Shown here: positions 19,854 through 30,531 of the stretch, piece after piece
How the letters are laid out: every line of letters begins with the position of its first letter
Numbering within the stretch: the stretch's first letter is position 1
From: an uncultured Collinsella sp.
GTDB taxonomy: Bacteria > Actinomycetota > Coriobacteriia > Coriobacteriales > Coriobacteriaceae
Length of the DNA stretch: 64,000 bases
NCBI GenBank assembly: GCA_900544895.1
Contig: UQWZ01000006.1
Span: forward strand, 41,613-105,612
Direction of reading: 5' to 3'
Translations under genes and position numbers: made by a program
Notes under the pieces: generated by a model
Databases searched by the model: none
What the model saw: the letters and a program-made list of their open reading frames with translations, nothing else
What the model was told of the DNA's origin: nothing

Positions 19854-20753
19854 GTGTCCGATCGTCCCAAGGCAACTGCTCCCAAAGCGCCTGCGCGCAA
19901 AGCTGCCACTGCGGGAGCGCCTGCGGCGAAGAGCGGAACCGGTACGTGGCTGGCGGGCTTTATTACCCGTGCCGCCGCCGGTATCGTCTACGCCGTTGTC
20001 TTTATCCTGTGCCTGGTTTTGGGTATCGTGCCCACGGCCATCTTTGTTTCTGTCATGAGCGGTCTGTGCTGCTATGAGTTTTTCCGTATGACAAGGCTCG
20101 ATGGCAAGATGGCTAACGAGCGCATGGGTATCGCTGCCGCCGTACTCTTTCCGCTGTCGGCGTTGGGCGATTCGATGTTGCTGAATGCCCTGCTTTTTGC
20201 TCTGATGCTCGCTGTGGGCATTTGGTATGTCTGGTCGCCGCGTACCCGAATCTCTGATGTGGCCGTGACGCTCATGGGTCCCATTTACACTGGCTTTATG
20301 CTGTCGGCTATCGTGCTGCTGCGCGATGCCGTGCCCGGTTTTGCCGGCGCCCTGCTTTCGGTGGGCGTTTGCGCGTCCCTTTGGGTCTCCGATTCGTTTG
20401 CCTACATCGTGGGCAGCCGTATCGGCAAGCATAAGATGGTTCCCAAGATCTCTCCCAAAAAGAGCTGGGAGGGGTTTGTCGGCGGCATCCTGGGCTCGGT
20501 TTTGATTTGGCTCATCCTGTGGGCGACGCACCTCTACAAGCTCAGCCTGCCCTATGCGCTGCTGTGCGGCGTGGTCGTGTCCATTCTGGGCGTTATCGGC
20601 GACCTTATCGAGTCGCGCATCAAGCGCGGTGTGGGCGTCAAGGATTCCGGTAACCTTATCCCGGGCCACGGCGGCATGCTCGATCGAAGCGATTCGCTTA
20701 TCTTCGGCTGCATCACCGCGCAGCTGATGCTGATGATCGGAGGCGTGCTGTAA
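19854..20753 (+). CDS. cdsA: phosphatidate cytidylyltransferase
   Basis: Polytopic membrane protein with the CDS signature ESRIKRGVGVKDSGNLIPGHGGMLDRSDS. Confidence 0.9.
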   Translation: MSDRPKATAPKAPARKAATAGAPAAKSGTGTWLAGFITRAAAGIVYAVVFILCLVLGIVPTAIFVSVMSGLCCYEFFRMTRLDGKMANERMGIAAAVLFPLSALGDSMLLNALLFALMLAVGIWYVWSPRTRISDVAVTLMGPIYTGFMLSAIVLLRDAVPGFAGALLSVGVCASLWVSDSFAYIVGSRIGKHKMVPKISPKKSWEGFVGGILGSVLIWLILWATHLYKLSLPYALLCGVVVSILGVIGDLIESRIKRGVGVKDSGNLIPGHGGMLDRSDSLIFGCITAQLMLMIGGVL

Positions 20754-21940
20754 TGTCCTTCCAGACGACGTATGGCCCCGATGGACGTCTCCGTGTTGCC
20801 ATCCTGGGCTGTACGGGCTCTATCGGCACTCAGGCGCTCGATGTGTGCCGCCAGCATGCCGATCTCCTGCAGGTGACGGCGCTGTCCGTTAACTCCAGTA
20901 CCTCCGAGCTCGTTGCCGCTGCCCGCGAGTTCTCGGTTCCGGCGGTTGCCGTGGCCGATGTCGCTCATGGCGATGACGCCGTGCTGCAGGAGCTGCCCGA
21001 GGGAACGAAGCTTGGCGTTGGCGCGCAAGCGGTTTGCGAGCTCGCGCGTCGCGACGATGTCGACTGCGTGCTCGTCGCTATTGTGGGCGCCGCCGGTCTC
21101 GAGGCGAGCCATGCGGCCTTGACCTCAAATAAGCGCCTTGCCCTTGCCAACAAGGAGTCCCTCGTCGTCGGTGGCGACTTGCTTATGCCGTTGGCGCAAC
21201 CGGGCCAGCTTATTCCAGTCGATTCTGAGCACTCCGCCATCTACCAGTGCTATCTGGGGGAGAACCCACGCGAGGCTCATTGTATTTGGCTCACCTGCTC
21301 GGGCGGTCCGTTCTTTGGCCGCACGCGCGACGAGCTCGATCGCGTGACGCGCGCCGATGCCCTCGCACATCCCACGTGGGCCATGGGTGCAAAGATCACC
21401 ATTGACTCCGCCACCCTCATGAACAAGGGCCTGGAGCGCATTGAGGCCATGCATCTGTTTAATTGCGACCTCGATTTCATTAACGTGGTCGTGCAGCGTC
21501 AGTCCAAGATTCACTCTATGGTCGAGTTCGCCGACGGCTCCGTGATGGCGCATCTCGGTGCTTCCGACATGCGTATTCCCATCCAGTTCGCGTTCTCGTA
21601 TCCCGAGCGTTGGGATACCCCGGCGCCTCGTATCGATTTTCGCGAGCTGGGGCAGCTCACGTTTGATGCTGCCGACATGGATACCTTCCGCTGTCTGGCA
21701 CTGGCCGAGCGTGCCGGCAAGACGGGTGGCACCATGCCGTGCGTGCTCAATGCCGCCAACGAAGTTGCTGTCGATGCCTTCCTGCACGATGGCTGCAGCT
21801 TTACCGATATCGATCGCATTGTGGAATCCTGCATGGATGCCCACGATACGCAGGTTGTCGATTCGTTTGAGCAGCTTCGCGACATCGATGCGTGGGCGCG
21901 TGAAAAGGCTGCGCAGGTGCTCGCCGCAACCCGTTCCTAA
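20753..21940 (+). CDS. dxr: 1-deoxy-D-xylulose-5-phosphate reductoisomerase
   Basis: GCTGSIGTQALDV NADPH site and LANKESLV, DSEHSAI motifs. The start overlaps the cdsA stop. Confidence 0.95.
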   Translation: MSFQTTYGPDGRLRVAILGCTGSIGTQALDVCRQHADLLQVTALSVNSSTSELVAAAREFSVPAVAVADVAHGDDAVLQELPEGTKLGVGAQAVCELARRDDVDCVLVAIVGAAGLEASHAALTSNKRLALANKESLVVGGDLLMPLAQPGQLIPVDSEHSAIYQCYLGENPREAHCIWLTCSGGPFFGRTRDELDRVTRADALAHPTWAMGAKITIDSATLMNKGLERIEAMHLFNCDLDFINVVVQRQSKIHSMVEFADGSVMAHLGASDMRIPIQFAFSYPERWDTPAPRIDFRELGQLTFDAADMDTFRCLALAERAGKTGGTMPCVLNAANEVAVDAFLHDGCSFTDIDRIVESCMDAHDTQVVDSFEQLRDIDAWAREKAAQVLAATRS

Positions 21941-21965
21941 CCCATAAGGATTGCTTTTTCGTTTT

Positions 21966-23327
21966 ATGGATACTGTTCTGAGCGTTCTCTCATCGGTCTT
22001 TTGGGGCCTGCTGATGCTTTCCGTCCTCGTGTTTTTGCACGAGGGCGGCCACTTTTTGGCGGCGCGTGCCTGCGGCGTCCGTGTGACCGAGTTCTTTTTG
22101 GGCCTGCCGTGCCGCTTTGACATTCATTACACGTCGCGTCGCATTGGAACCAAGTTTGGCGTGACCCCGCTGCTGCTGGGTGGCTACGCTGCCATCTGCG
22201 GTATGGATCCGACCGACGTCTCGTGTGCCGATCGCGTGCTCGCGGCTATCTATCGTCATGGTCGCGTGACCGTGGCCGACCTTGCTGTCGAGCTCGAGCT
22301 TTCCGAGGAGGATGTGCTTGAGGCATGCGCCCTGTTGCTTGGCTGGGGCTCCATCGCACCCTGGTATGAGGAAGGGGAGAAGCCCTCGCCGAGCTACTAT
22401 CCCACCAAGTATCAGACGCTGCCGCGAGATGCGGCGGGTTACACCACCTTTGACGGCCGCCGTTTCGATCGCGAACATTCAACTGCCGAGGGCGATGCGT
22501 GGGAGCTGCCGTGCGGCGAGGCCGAGTTCCTTGCACAAGAGCGTTCGCACACCTATCTTGGCCAGAGCTTTCTCAAGCGCGCCTTTATGCTGCTCGCGGG
22601 CATTATTGTCAATATCTTGACGGGCTTTTTGCTCCTTATGAGTATCTATTCCATTGCGGGTGTCACCGTGCCGATGGATACCAACGTGATCGGTCAGGTT
22701 GACGGGGGGTCTATTGCCGCCAAGGCGGGTATCGAGGGCGGCGACGCGATCCTTTCGGTTGACGGAGTATCGTGCTCTACCTGGATGGACGTTTACGATG
22801 CCATCGGCAAGGCTGCCGGTAAGGACGATATCGCCATCGAGTACGAGCGTGACGGCAAGCAGCATTCGACCACGGTTGCGCTCAAAGAGGACGAGCGCCT
22901 GGGTGTGTATGCCTCTATGCAGGTGGTCCGTTTAGACCCGATCACCTCGGCGCGTCTGTCATTCTCCTATGTTGTACAGACGGCGGATGGCGTTATGCGC
23001 CTACTCCAGCCGCAGCATACGATGGAGATTCTCGATCAGTCTTCTTCGATCGTGGGTATTAGCGTTATGTCCTCACAGGCTGCTGCTGCCGGCCCTGCCA
23101 CGTTCCTTTCGTTTGCCGCCCTCATTTCGTTCTCGCTTGGCTTTATGAACCTGCTGCCCATCCCACCACTCGATGGCGGCAAGCTGGTCATCGAGATCAT
23201 TCAAAAGATTGCGGGCCGCGAGCTTCCGCTCAAGGTCCAGACGATTGTGAGCTATGTGGGCATCGCGCTCTTTGCGCTGCTGTTTGTCTATATGCTTCGT
23301 TCCGACATCCTTCGATTTATTCTGTAG
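21966..23327 (+). CDS. rseP: RIP metalloprotease RseP (M50 site-2 protease with PDZ)
   Basis: HEGGHFLAAR zinc motif, PDZ-like middle region, and C-terminal NLLPIPPLDGG. ATG at 21966 (ORF-track TTG at 21951 is possible). Confidence 0.88.
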   Translation: MDTVLSVLSSVFWGLLMLSVLVFLHEGGHFLAARACGVRVTEFFLGLPCRFDIHYTSRRIGTKFGVTPLLLGGYAAICGMDPTDVSCADRVLAAIYRHGRVTVADLAVELELSEEDVLEACALLLGWGSIAPWYEEGEKPSPSYYPTKYQTLPRDAAGYTTFDGRRFDREHSTAEGDAWELPCGEAEFLAQERSHTYLGQSFLKRAFMLLAGIIVNILTGFLLLMSIYSIAGVTVPMDTNVIGQVDGGSIAAKAGIEGGDAILSVDGVSCSTWMDVYDAIGKAAGKDDIAIEYERDGKQHSTTVALKEDERLGVYASMQVVRLDPITSARLSFSYVVQTADGVMRLLQPQHTMEILDQSSSIVGISVMSSQAAAAGPATFLSFAALISFSLGFMNLLPIPPLDGGKLVIEIIQKIAGRELPLKVQTIVSYVGIALFALLFVYMLRSDILRFIL

Positions 23328-23340
23328 GGGAGTGTTTGGT

Positions 23341-24420
23341 TTGTCTTTATCCCATCCTTTGCCTTGCGAGCTGACGCGCCCCGTGCATGTGGGCGGCGTG
23401 CAGATCGGTGGCGGCGCGCCTGTGGTGGTCCAATCTATGACCTGCACCGATACTGCTGATGCCCAGGCAACGCTTGCGCAGGTGTGCGCGTTGGCGCAGG
23501 CTGGCTGCGATATCGTGCGCGTGAGTGTGCCCACCGAGGCCGCACTTGAGGGTTTCCGCGCCATCTGCGCCGAGTCTCCGGTGCCGATTGTCGCCGATAT
23601 CCACTTTAACCATAAACTCGCCATTGGTGCCGTTGAGGCCGGTGCTGCCAAGCTGCGCATCAATCCCGGCAATATTGGCGATTGGGCCAAGGTTGACGCG
23701 GTGATCGATGCTGCGGGTGCCGCGGGCTGTGCGATTCGTATCGGCGTCAATGCCGGTTCGCTTGAGCAGGATATCGCCGAGCGCGACGACCTCACGCAGC
23801 CCGAAAAGCTCGTGATGTCGAGCGAGCGTTTCGTCAAGCATTTTGAAGACCGCGGCTTTACGAACATTGTGCTTTCGGCTAAGGCCCATAGCGTGCAAAC
23901 GACGCTCGATACCTATCGAGCCCTGTCGCGTGAGATTCCCCACGTTCCGCTTCACCTGGGCGTAACCGAGGCGGGTACCAAGCTGCAGGGCACCATCAAG
24001 AGCTCTGTAGGCTTGGGTATCTTGCTTTCCGAAGGCATCGGCGACACCATGCGTGTGTCGCTCACGGCCGATCCGGTTGAGGAGCCGCCGGTCGCCTGGG
24101 GAATTCTACAGTCGCTGGGCCTGCGTCGCCGTGGTCCCGAGATTGTCTCGTGCCCCACGTGCGCCCGCTGCCAGGTTAACCTTATTCCCATCGCCGAGGA
24201 GGTCACCGAGCGGCTTAAGAACTATTCCGCGCCGCTTTCGATCGCCGTGATGGGATGTGCGGTCAACGGCCCCGGAGAGGCATCTGACGCCGACCTGGGT
24301 GTTGCCTGCGGACGTGGTCAGGGCCTGCTCTTTTCGCATGGCCAGATCATTGGTAAAGTAGCTGAGGATCAAATTGTCGACGCGCTGATGGCCGAGGTCG
24401 ACAAGCTTATTGAGGAGTAA
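23341..24420 (+). CDS. ispG: 4-hydroxy-3-methylbut-2-en-1-yl diphosphate synthase (flavodoxin)
   Basis: VQIGGGAPVVVQSMT, and C-terminal 4Fe-4S Cys (SCPTCARC ... GCAVNGPGE). Start is TTG 23341 or GTG 23332, just after the rseP stop; the ORF-track start at 23254 overlaps rseP. Confidence 0.9.
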   Translation: MSLSHPLPCELTRPVHVGGVQIGGGAPVVVQSMTCTDTADAQATLAQVCALAQAGCDIVRVSVPTEAALEGFRAICAESPVPIVADIHFNHKLAIGAVEAGAAKLRINPGNIGDWAKVDAVIDAAGAAGCAIRIGVNAGSLEQDIAERDDLTQPEKLVMSSERFVKHFEDRGFTNIVLSAKAHSVQTTLDTYRALSREIPHVPLHLGVTEAGTKLQGTIKSSVGLGILLSEGIGDTMRVSLTADPVEEPPVAWGILQSLGLRRRGPEIVSCPTCARCQVNLIPIAEEVTERLKNYSAPLSIAVMGCAVNGPGEASDADLGVACGRGQGLLFSHGQIIGKVAEDQIVDALMAEVDKLIEE

Positions 24421-24423
24421 TAA

Positions 24424-26145
<1,722 letters not shown>

Positions 26146-26175
26146 TCGACGATTTCGCTTGTAGTTCGATATACG

Positions 26176-26224
26176 GGACGGCCCCGCATTTCTCCAGATC
26201 GGGGAGATGTGGGGCCGTCCTTTT
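26176..26224 (+). terminator. intrinsic terminator after proS
   Basis: 14-bp stem GGACGGCCCCGCAT / ATGTGGGGCCGTCC (one G-U) followed by TTTTAT. Confidence 0.75.
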
Positions 26225-26244
26225 ATCTTGTGGCATCCTCGATA

Positions 26245-26276
26245 TCTAAAAGGAAAACCCCACAGCCCATTCGAGC
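26245..26276 (-). terminator. intrinsic terminator of the convergent minus-strand kinase-fold gene
   Basis: AAACCCCACAGC / GCTGTGGGGTTT 12-bp stem. On the minus strand it is followed by TCCTTTTAG. Confidence 0.65.
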
Positions 26277-26324
26277 TGTGGGGTTTCCCTTTGTGTCTCC
26301 GATGCGAAATAAATCGCTCAGATA

Positions 26325-27089
26325 TTACTGATAATCGACGACGTCGATCCAGTTCTTCAGGAACTCATCGTTCACGTTGCGCTTACGAGCGAGCTCGGAA
26401 GCGGCGACGATGCTCGTCCACTGACGCACGACCTGCATGGGCATGTCGGCGCGGTCGCAGTAGAGCTCCAGGTAGGCCTCAGCCTGATCCTTGCTGTTGA
26501 GGGCGAAGAGCAGGTAGGTGGTGGCAACGTCGGCAGCAGGGGAGCCCTGGGTGGCGTGTGCCCAGTCGCATACATAGAGCTGGCCGTCGTCGCCGACGAT
26601 GACGTTGGAGGGGTTGAAGTCGCCGTGGCAGACCTTGAACTCCTTGGTCATGCCGTCCAGACGCTCCTGAAGGTTGTAGCGCGTGGTGGCATTGAGCTGA
26701 TCAAGGCTGTCGATCATGCGGGCGAACTTGTCGCGCTGACGGTTGAGCAGCGGGGAGGTGTAGCCGTGGATCTCGATCTGGAGGTCGACGAACATCTCGA
26801 GGTACTCACCAAAGCGCTGGGGCTCGGCAGTCATCTTCTCGGCAAGGGTGGTGCCCGGAACCTTCTCGGTCACGAGCGCCCAGCCGTTGGCGTTCTCGAG
26901 CTGGGAAACCTCGAGAGCCTTGGGGCTGCGGATGCCGCACTCATTGATGCGGGCAAGATTCAAAGCCTCGTTGAACACGTCGGAGACAGGCTTGGTCTCG
27001 TTAAAGACCTTGACGATCTTGTCGCCCAGGTCGTAAACGACCTTGTTGCCACGGCGGACGAGCTCGGTCTTGGAATCGGGTAGCAGCAT
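26325..27089 (-). CDS. phosphotransferase-family protein (APH/choline-kinase-like protein kinase fold), substrate unknown
   Basis: 254 aa with the Brenner-type catalytic motif CHGDFNPSNVIV and a downstream CDWAHA metal-binding region. AAAGGA RBS. Confidence 0.7.
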   Translation of the reverse strand: MLLPDSKTELVRRGNKVVYDLGDKIVKVFNETKPVSDVFNEALNLARINECGIRSPKALEVSQLENANGWALVTEKVPGTTLAEKMTAEPQRFGEYLEMFVDLQIEIHGYTSPLLNRQRDKFARMIDSLDQLNATTRYNLQERLDGMTKEFKVCHGDFNPSNVIVGDDGQLYVCDWAHATQGSPAADVATTYLLFALNSKDQAEAYLELYCDRADMPMQVVRQWTSIVAASELARKRNVNDEFLKNWIDVVDYQ

Positions 27090-27121
27090 GGTTGCATCCT
27101 TTCAACGATGCGATAGAAGCG

Positions 27122-27160
27122 ACGGCGGGGGTGTGTGAAACACCCGTGCACCCCCGCCGT
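27122..27160 (-). terminator. GC-rich hairpin downstream of adhE (I-shaped, no clear U tract)
   Basis: 12-bp stem ACGGCGGGGGTG / CACCCCCGCCGT lying 18 nt after the adhE stop. The T tract lies before rather than after the stem on the minus strand, so readthrough into the kinase-fold gene is possible. Confidence 0.45.
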
Positions 27161-27177
27161 TAAAAACCGTGCTAAAA

Positions 27178-29826
27178 CTAGCAGACGGCGTAGTCCTGAG
27201 GCTCGCGGCCGTAGTAGGCGTCCAGGTAGAGCTCCTTGATCTCGCTCATGAGCGGGTAGCGCGGGTTGGCGCCGGTGCACTGGTCGTTGAATGCCTGCTC
27301 GGTCATCTCGTCGAGGGTGTCGAGGAAGTACTGCTCGTCAACACCGTAGTCGGCGATGGTCTTCTTGACACCGATGAAGTCCTTGAGTTCCTCGAGCTTC
27401 GTGATGAAGTTCTCGAAGACCTCCTTGTCGTCCTTGCCCTCGATGCCGCAGTACTTGGCCATCTCGGCGTAGTTGTGCAGCGCGTTGGGGTAAGGATACT
27501 GGGAGAAGGTACCCATCTTGACGGGAGCCTCAGCGGCGTTGTAGCGCATGACGCGGGTCAGGATGACAGCGTTTGCGAGGCCGTGGGGCAGGTGATGGAA
27601 AGCGCCGAGCTTGTGGGCCATGGAGTGGTTGAGGCCCAGGAAGGCGTTGGCGAAGGCCATACCGGCCATGCAGGAGGCGTTGTGCATCTCCTCGCGGGCG
27701 TGCGGGTCCTTGGCGCCGTTCGTGAAGCTGGAGGGCAGGTTCTCGAAGACGAGCTTGGCAGCGCGCTCGGAGAGGCCCTTGGTGTAGTCGGAAGCCATGA
27801 TGGAGACGTAGGACTCGATGGCGTGGGTCATGACGTCGATGCCGGAGGCAGCGGTCAGGCCGCGCGGGGCGGTCATGCAGTTGTCGGCGTCAACGATAGC
27901 CATGTTGGGGAGCAGCGCGTAGTCGGCGAGCGGCCACTTGATGCCGGTCTCCTTGTCGGTGATGATGGCGAACGGCGTGCACTCGGAGCCGGTACCCGAA
28001 GAGGTCGGGACGGCGACGAAGTAGGCCTTCTTGCCCATCTCGGGGAAAGTGAAGATACGCTTGCGGATGTCCATGAAGTCCATGGCCATGTCCTCAAACT
28101 TGCACTCGGGGTGCTCGTACATCATCCACATGATCTTGCCGGCGTCCATAGCTGAGCCACCGCCGACGGCGATGATGACGTCCGGCTCAAAGAGAGCCAT
28201 CTGCTTGGCGCCGCGACGTGCGCACTGCAGCGACGGATCGGGCTCGACGTCGTAGAAGCAGTCGTGGGCGATGCCCATCTCGTCGAGCTTGGCCTCGATG
28301 GCGCGGGTGTTGCCATTCTTGAAGAGGAACTGGTCGGTGACGATGAAGGCGCGCTTCTTGCCCATGACGGTACCGAGCTCGTCGAGAGCGACGGGCGTGG
28401 AACCCTTCTTGAAGTAGACCTTCTCGGGAGCGCGGAACCACAGCATGTTCTCACGGCGCTCGGCCACAGTCTTAACGTTGATCAAGTGCTTCACCCCAAC
28501 GTTCTCGGAGACGGAGTTGCCGCCCCAGGAGCCGCAGCCCAGGGTCAGAGACGGCTTCATGCCAAAGTTGTATAGATCACCGATGCCGCCGTGCGAGGAC
28601 GGGGTGTTGATGACGATACGGCAGGCCTTCATGACGTGCTCGAACAGGCTGATCTTCTCGGCCTGGGCGGGGTGCACGTACAGAGAGGCGGTGTGGCCCG
28701 GGCCACCGGCGAGCACCAGGTGCTCGGCCTTGTCGACGGCCTCCTGGAAGTCCTTGGCGTGATACATGGCCAGGACCGGGGAGAGCTTCTCGTGGGAGAA
28801 CTCCTCCTTGGCGGGGTCGGTGGAGTTGACCTCGGCGATCAGGATCTTGGTCTTGGCAGGAACCTCGATGCCGGCGAGCTCGGCGATCTTGGCGGCATCC
28901 ATGCCGGGAATGCGGTGATCGAGAGCGCCGTTCTTGAACATGGCGGCACGCAGGGCCTCCATCTCGGCACCCTGCTTGACGAAGTAGCAGCCGCGCTTCT
29001 GGAACTCGGCTTTGACCTGGTCATAGATGGTGTCGATGACGGTCACGGACTGCTCGGAAGCGCAGATCATGCCGTTGTCGAAGGTCTTGGAGTGGATGAT
29101 GGAGTTGACGGCGAGCAGCACGTCGGCGGTGTCGTCGATGATGACCGGGGTGTTACCGGCGCCAACGCCCAGGGCGGGCTTGCCCGAGGAGTAGGCGGCC
29201 TTGACCATGCCCGGGCCACCGGTGGCGAGGATGATGTCGACGTCACGCATGACCATGTTGGTCAGCTCGATGGAGGGGACATCGACCCAGCCGATGATGC
29301 CCTCGGGGGCGCCGGCCTTGACGGCGGCGTCAAGCACGAGCTTGGCGGCGGCGATGGTGCACTTGGCGGCTGCCGGGTGCGGGGAGATGATGATGCCGTT
29401 GCGGGTCTTCAGGCTGATCAGCGTCTTGAAGATCGCGGTGGAGGTGGGGTTGGTCGTCGGGATGACGGCGCCCACGATGCCGATGGGCTCGGCGATCTTG
29501 GTGATGCCGTAAGCCTCGTCGCGCTCCAGAACGCCACAGGTCTTGGTGTTCTTGTAAGCGTTGTAGATGTACTCTGCGGCGTAGTGGTTCTTGATGACCT
29601 TGTCCTCAAGAACGCCGCGGCCGGTCTCCTCGATGGCCATCTTTGCCAACGGGATACGAGCCTTGTTGGCGGCCATGGCGGCCTCATAGAAGATCTTGTC
29701 GACCTGCTCCTGCGTGTACGTAGCAAAAAGCGCCTGGGCCTCTCGCATCTGAGCGAGCTTAGCCTCAAGCGCCTCTACGTTGTCCACAATTGCGGGAGTA
29801 GTGTTTTCCGGTGACTTTTTCACCAT
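27178..29826 (-). CDS. adhE: bifunctional acetaldehyde-CoA / alcohol dehydrogenase
   Basis: 882 aa. N-terminal aldehyde dehydrogenase domain (MICASEQS) plus C-terminal Fe-ADH domain (GGGSAMDAGK, His-rich metal site). AAGGAG RBS. Confidence 0.97.
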   Translation of the reverse strand: MVKKSPENTTPAIVDNVEALEAKLAQMREAQALFATYTQEQVDKIFYEAAMAANKARIPLAKMAIEETGRGVLEDKVIKNHYAAEYIYNAYKNTKTCGVLERDEAYGITKIAEPIGIVGAVIPTTNPTSTAIFKTLISLKTRNGIIISPHPAAAKCTIAAAKLVLDAAVKAGAPEGIIGWVDVPSIELTNMVMRDVDIILATGGPGMVKAAYSSGKPALGVGAGNTPVIIDDTADVLLAVNSIIHSKTFDNGMICASEQSVTVIDTIYDQVKAEFQKRGCYFVKQGAEMEALRAAMFKNGALDHRIPGMDAAKIAELAGIEVPAKTKILIAEVNSTDPAKEEFSHEKLSPVLAMYHAKDFQEAVDKAEHLVLAGGPGHTASLYVHPAQAEKISLFEHVMKACRIVINTPSSHGGIGDLYNFGMKPSLTLGCGSWGGNSVSENVGVKHLINVKTVAERRENMLWFRAPEKVYFKKGSTPVALDELGTVMGKKRAFIVTDQFLFKNGNTRAIEAKLDEMGIAHDCFYDVEPDPSLQCARRGAKQMALFEPDVIIAVGGGSAMDAGKIMWMMYEHPECKFEDMAMDFMDIRKRIFTFPEMGKKAYFVAVPTSSGTGSECTPFAIITDKETGIKWPLADYALLPNMAIVDADNCMTAPRGLTAASGIDVMTHAIESYVSIMASDYTKGLSERAAKLVFENLPSSFTNGAKDPHAREEMHNASCMAGMAFANAFLGLNHSMAHKLGAFHHLPHGLANAVILTRVMRYNAAEAPVKMGTFSQYPYPNALHNYAEMAKYCGIEGKDDKEVFENFITKLEELKDFIGVKKTIADYGVDEQYFLDTLDEMTEQAFNDQCTGANPRYPLMSEIKELYLDAYYGREPQDYAVC

Positions 29827-29885
29827 TTGTGTCTCCTTGCGATCGGAGATTTACCCTACGCCTTGCATGATAGCAATAAATAATT

Positions 29886-29948
29886 CGGTAAACGGTAAGA
29901 TTCCCGTAAAAGGCATACTAAAACGTTTCAATCAAATGAACCGTTTCA
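29886..29948 (-). promoter_or_regulatory. candidate operator cluster upstream of adhE
   Basis: Read on the minus strand: TGAAACGGTTCA (29937-29948), TGAAACGTTTTA (29919-29930) and CTTACCGTTTACCG (29886-29899), lying 60-122 nt upstream of the adhE ATG. Confidence 0.35.
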
Positions 29949-29979
29949 ACTTAATCCATCAGCCCAATGCATCGCCCCT

Positions 29980-30238
29980 CTCATTGGGGACAGACATACA
30001 TGAGTATTTCAATGGGAAAACGGGGAGAACGGGGCACCTGTTTGACAATCGCTATTCGCGGGTCGCGGTCGAGTCGGACACGCAGGCGGTCCAGTTGCTC
30101 GATTATATCCATCTCAATCCTGTGAAAGGCGCGCTCGACTCGCTCGATGCGTACCGCTGGTCAAGCTTCAAGGCATATCAGCTGGGCTATGATTCCTTTG
30201 ACATCTGCAAACACTCATGTAAGTCTGTCCCCAATGAG
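29980..30238. repeat. 25-bp inverted repeat pair bracketing the transposase fragment
   Basis: CTCATTGGGGACAGACATACATGAG (29980-30004) versus CTCATGTAAGTCTGTCCCCAATGAG (30214-30238). 24 of 25 positions are complementary. Confidence 0.85.
29999..30213 (+). pseudogene. fragment of a Y1 (IS200/RAYT-like, PF01797-type) transposase, C-terminal half only
   Basis: Translation HEYFNGKTGRTGHLFDNRYSRVAVESDTQAVQLLDYIHLNPVKGALDSLDAYRWSSFKAYQLG matches the conserved GHLFQ.RF ... YIH.NPV ... WSS block. The HUH-containing N-terminal half is absent. The region is visibly AT-richer than its surroundings. Confidence 0.65.
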
Positions 30239-30342
30239 TGCAAAAAGGCGCCCTCCGTGGGGGAGGACGCCTTTGGTAAGTTCTATACGAACGCGAGGTC
30301 TTTGACCCGGAGAGTCCGAGGTACTTGTTGGTAAGACCTTAT

Positions 30343-30531
30343 TTAGGAGCGCGCAACCTTGCCGGACTTGAGGCAGGTGGAGCAAACGTTCATCTTGCGA
30401 CGGTGACCATCGACGACGACGTAAACGCGCTGGATGTTGGGGCGGAACTTACGGTTGGTGACGCGGTGAGAGTGGCTGATGGAGCGACCGGCAACGGGGT
30501 GCTTACCGCAAACTTCGCAAACTTTGGACAT
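30343..30531 (-). CDS. rpmB: 50S ribosomal protein L28 (Cys-containing, zinc-ribbon type)
   Basis: MSKVCEVCGKHPVAGRSISHSHRVTNRKFRPNIQRV with a second CSTC pair. ATG at 30531 with a GGAGGG RBS; the ORF-track start at 30579 was rejected. Confidence 0.93.
   Translation of the reverse strand: MSKVCEVCGKHPVAGRSISHSHRVTNRKFRPNIQRVYVVVDGHRRKMNVCSTCLKSGKVARS

Noticed and set aside
29780-30334. 184-aa plus-strand ORF that could be called as an intact gene.
   Set aside because: Its first ~16 codons overlap the adhE start on the opposite strand. The N-terminal 70 aa have no family resemblance. Only residues ~74-136 resemble a Y1 transposase, and the catalytic HUH half is absent. I treated it as a pseudogene fragment.
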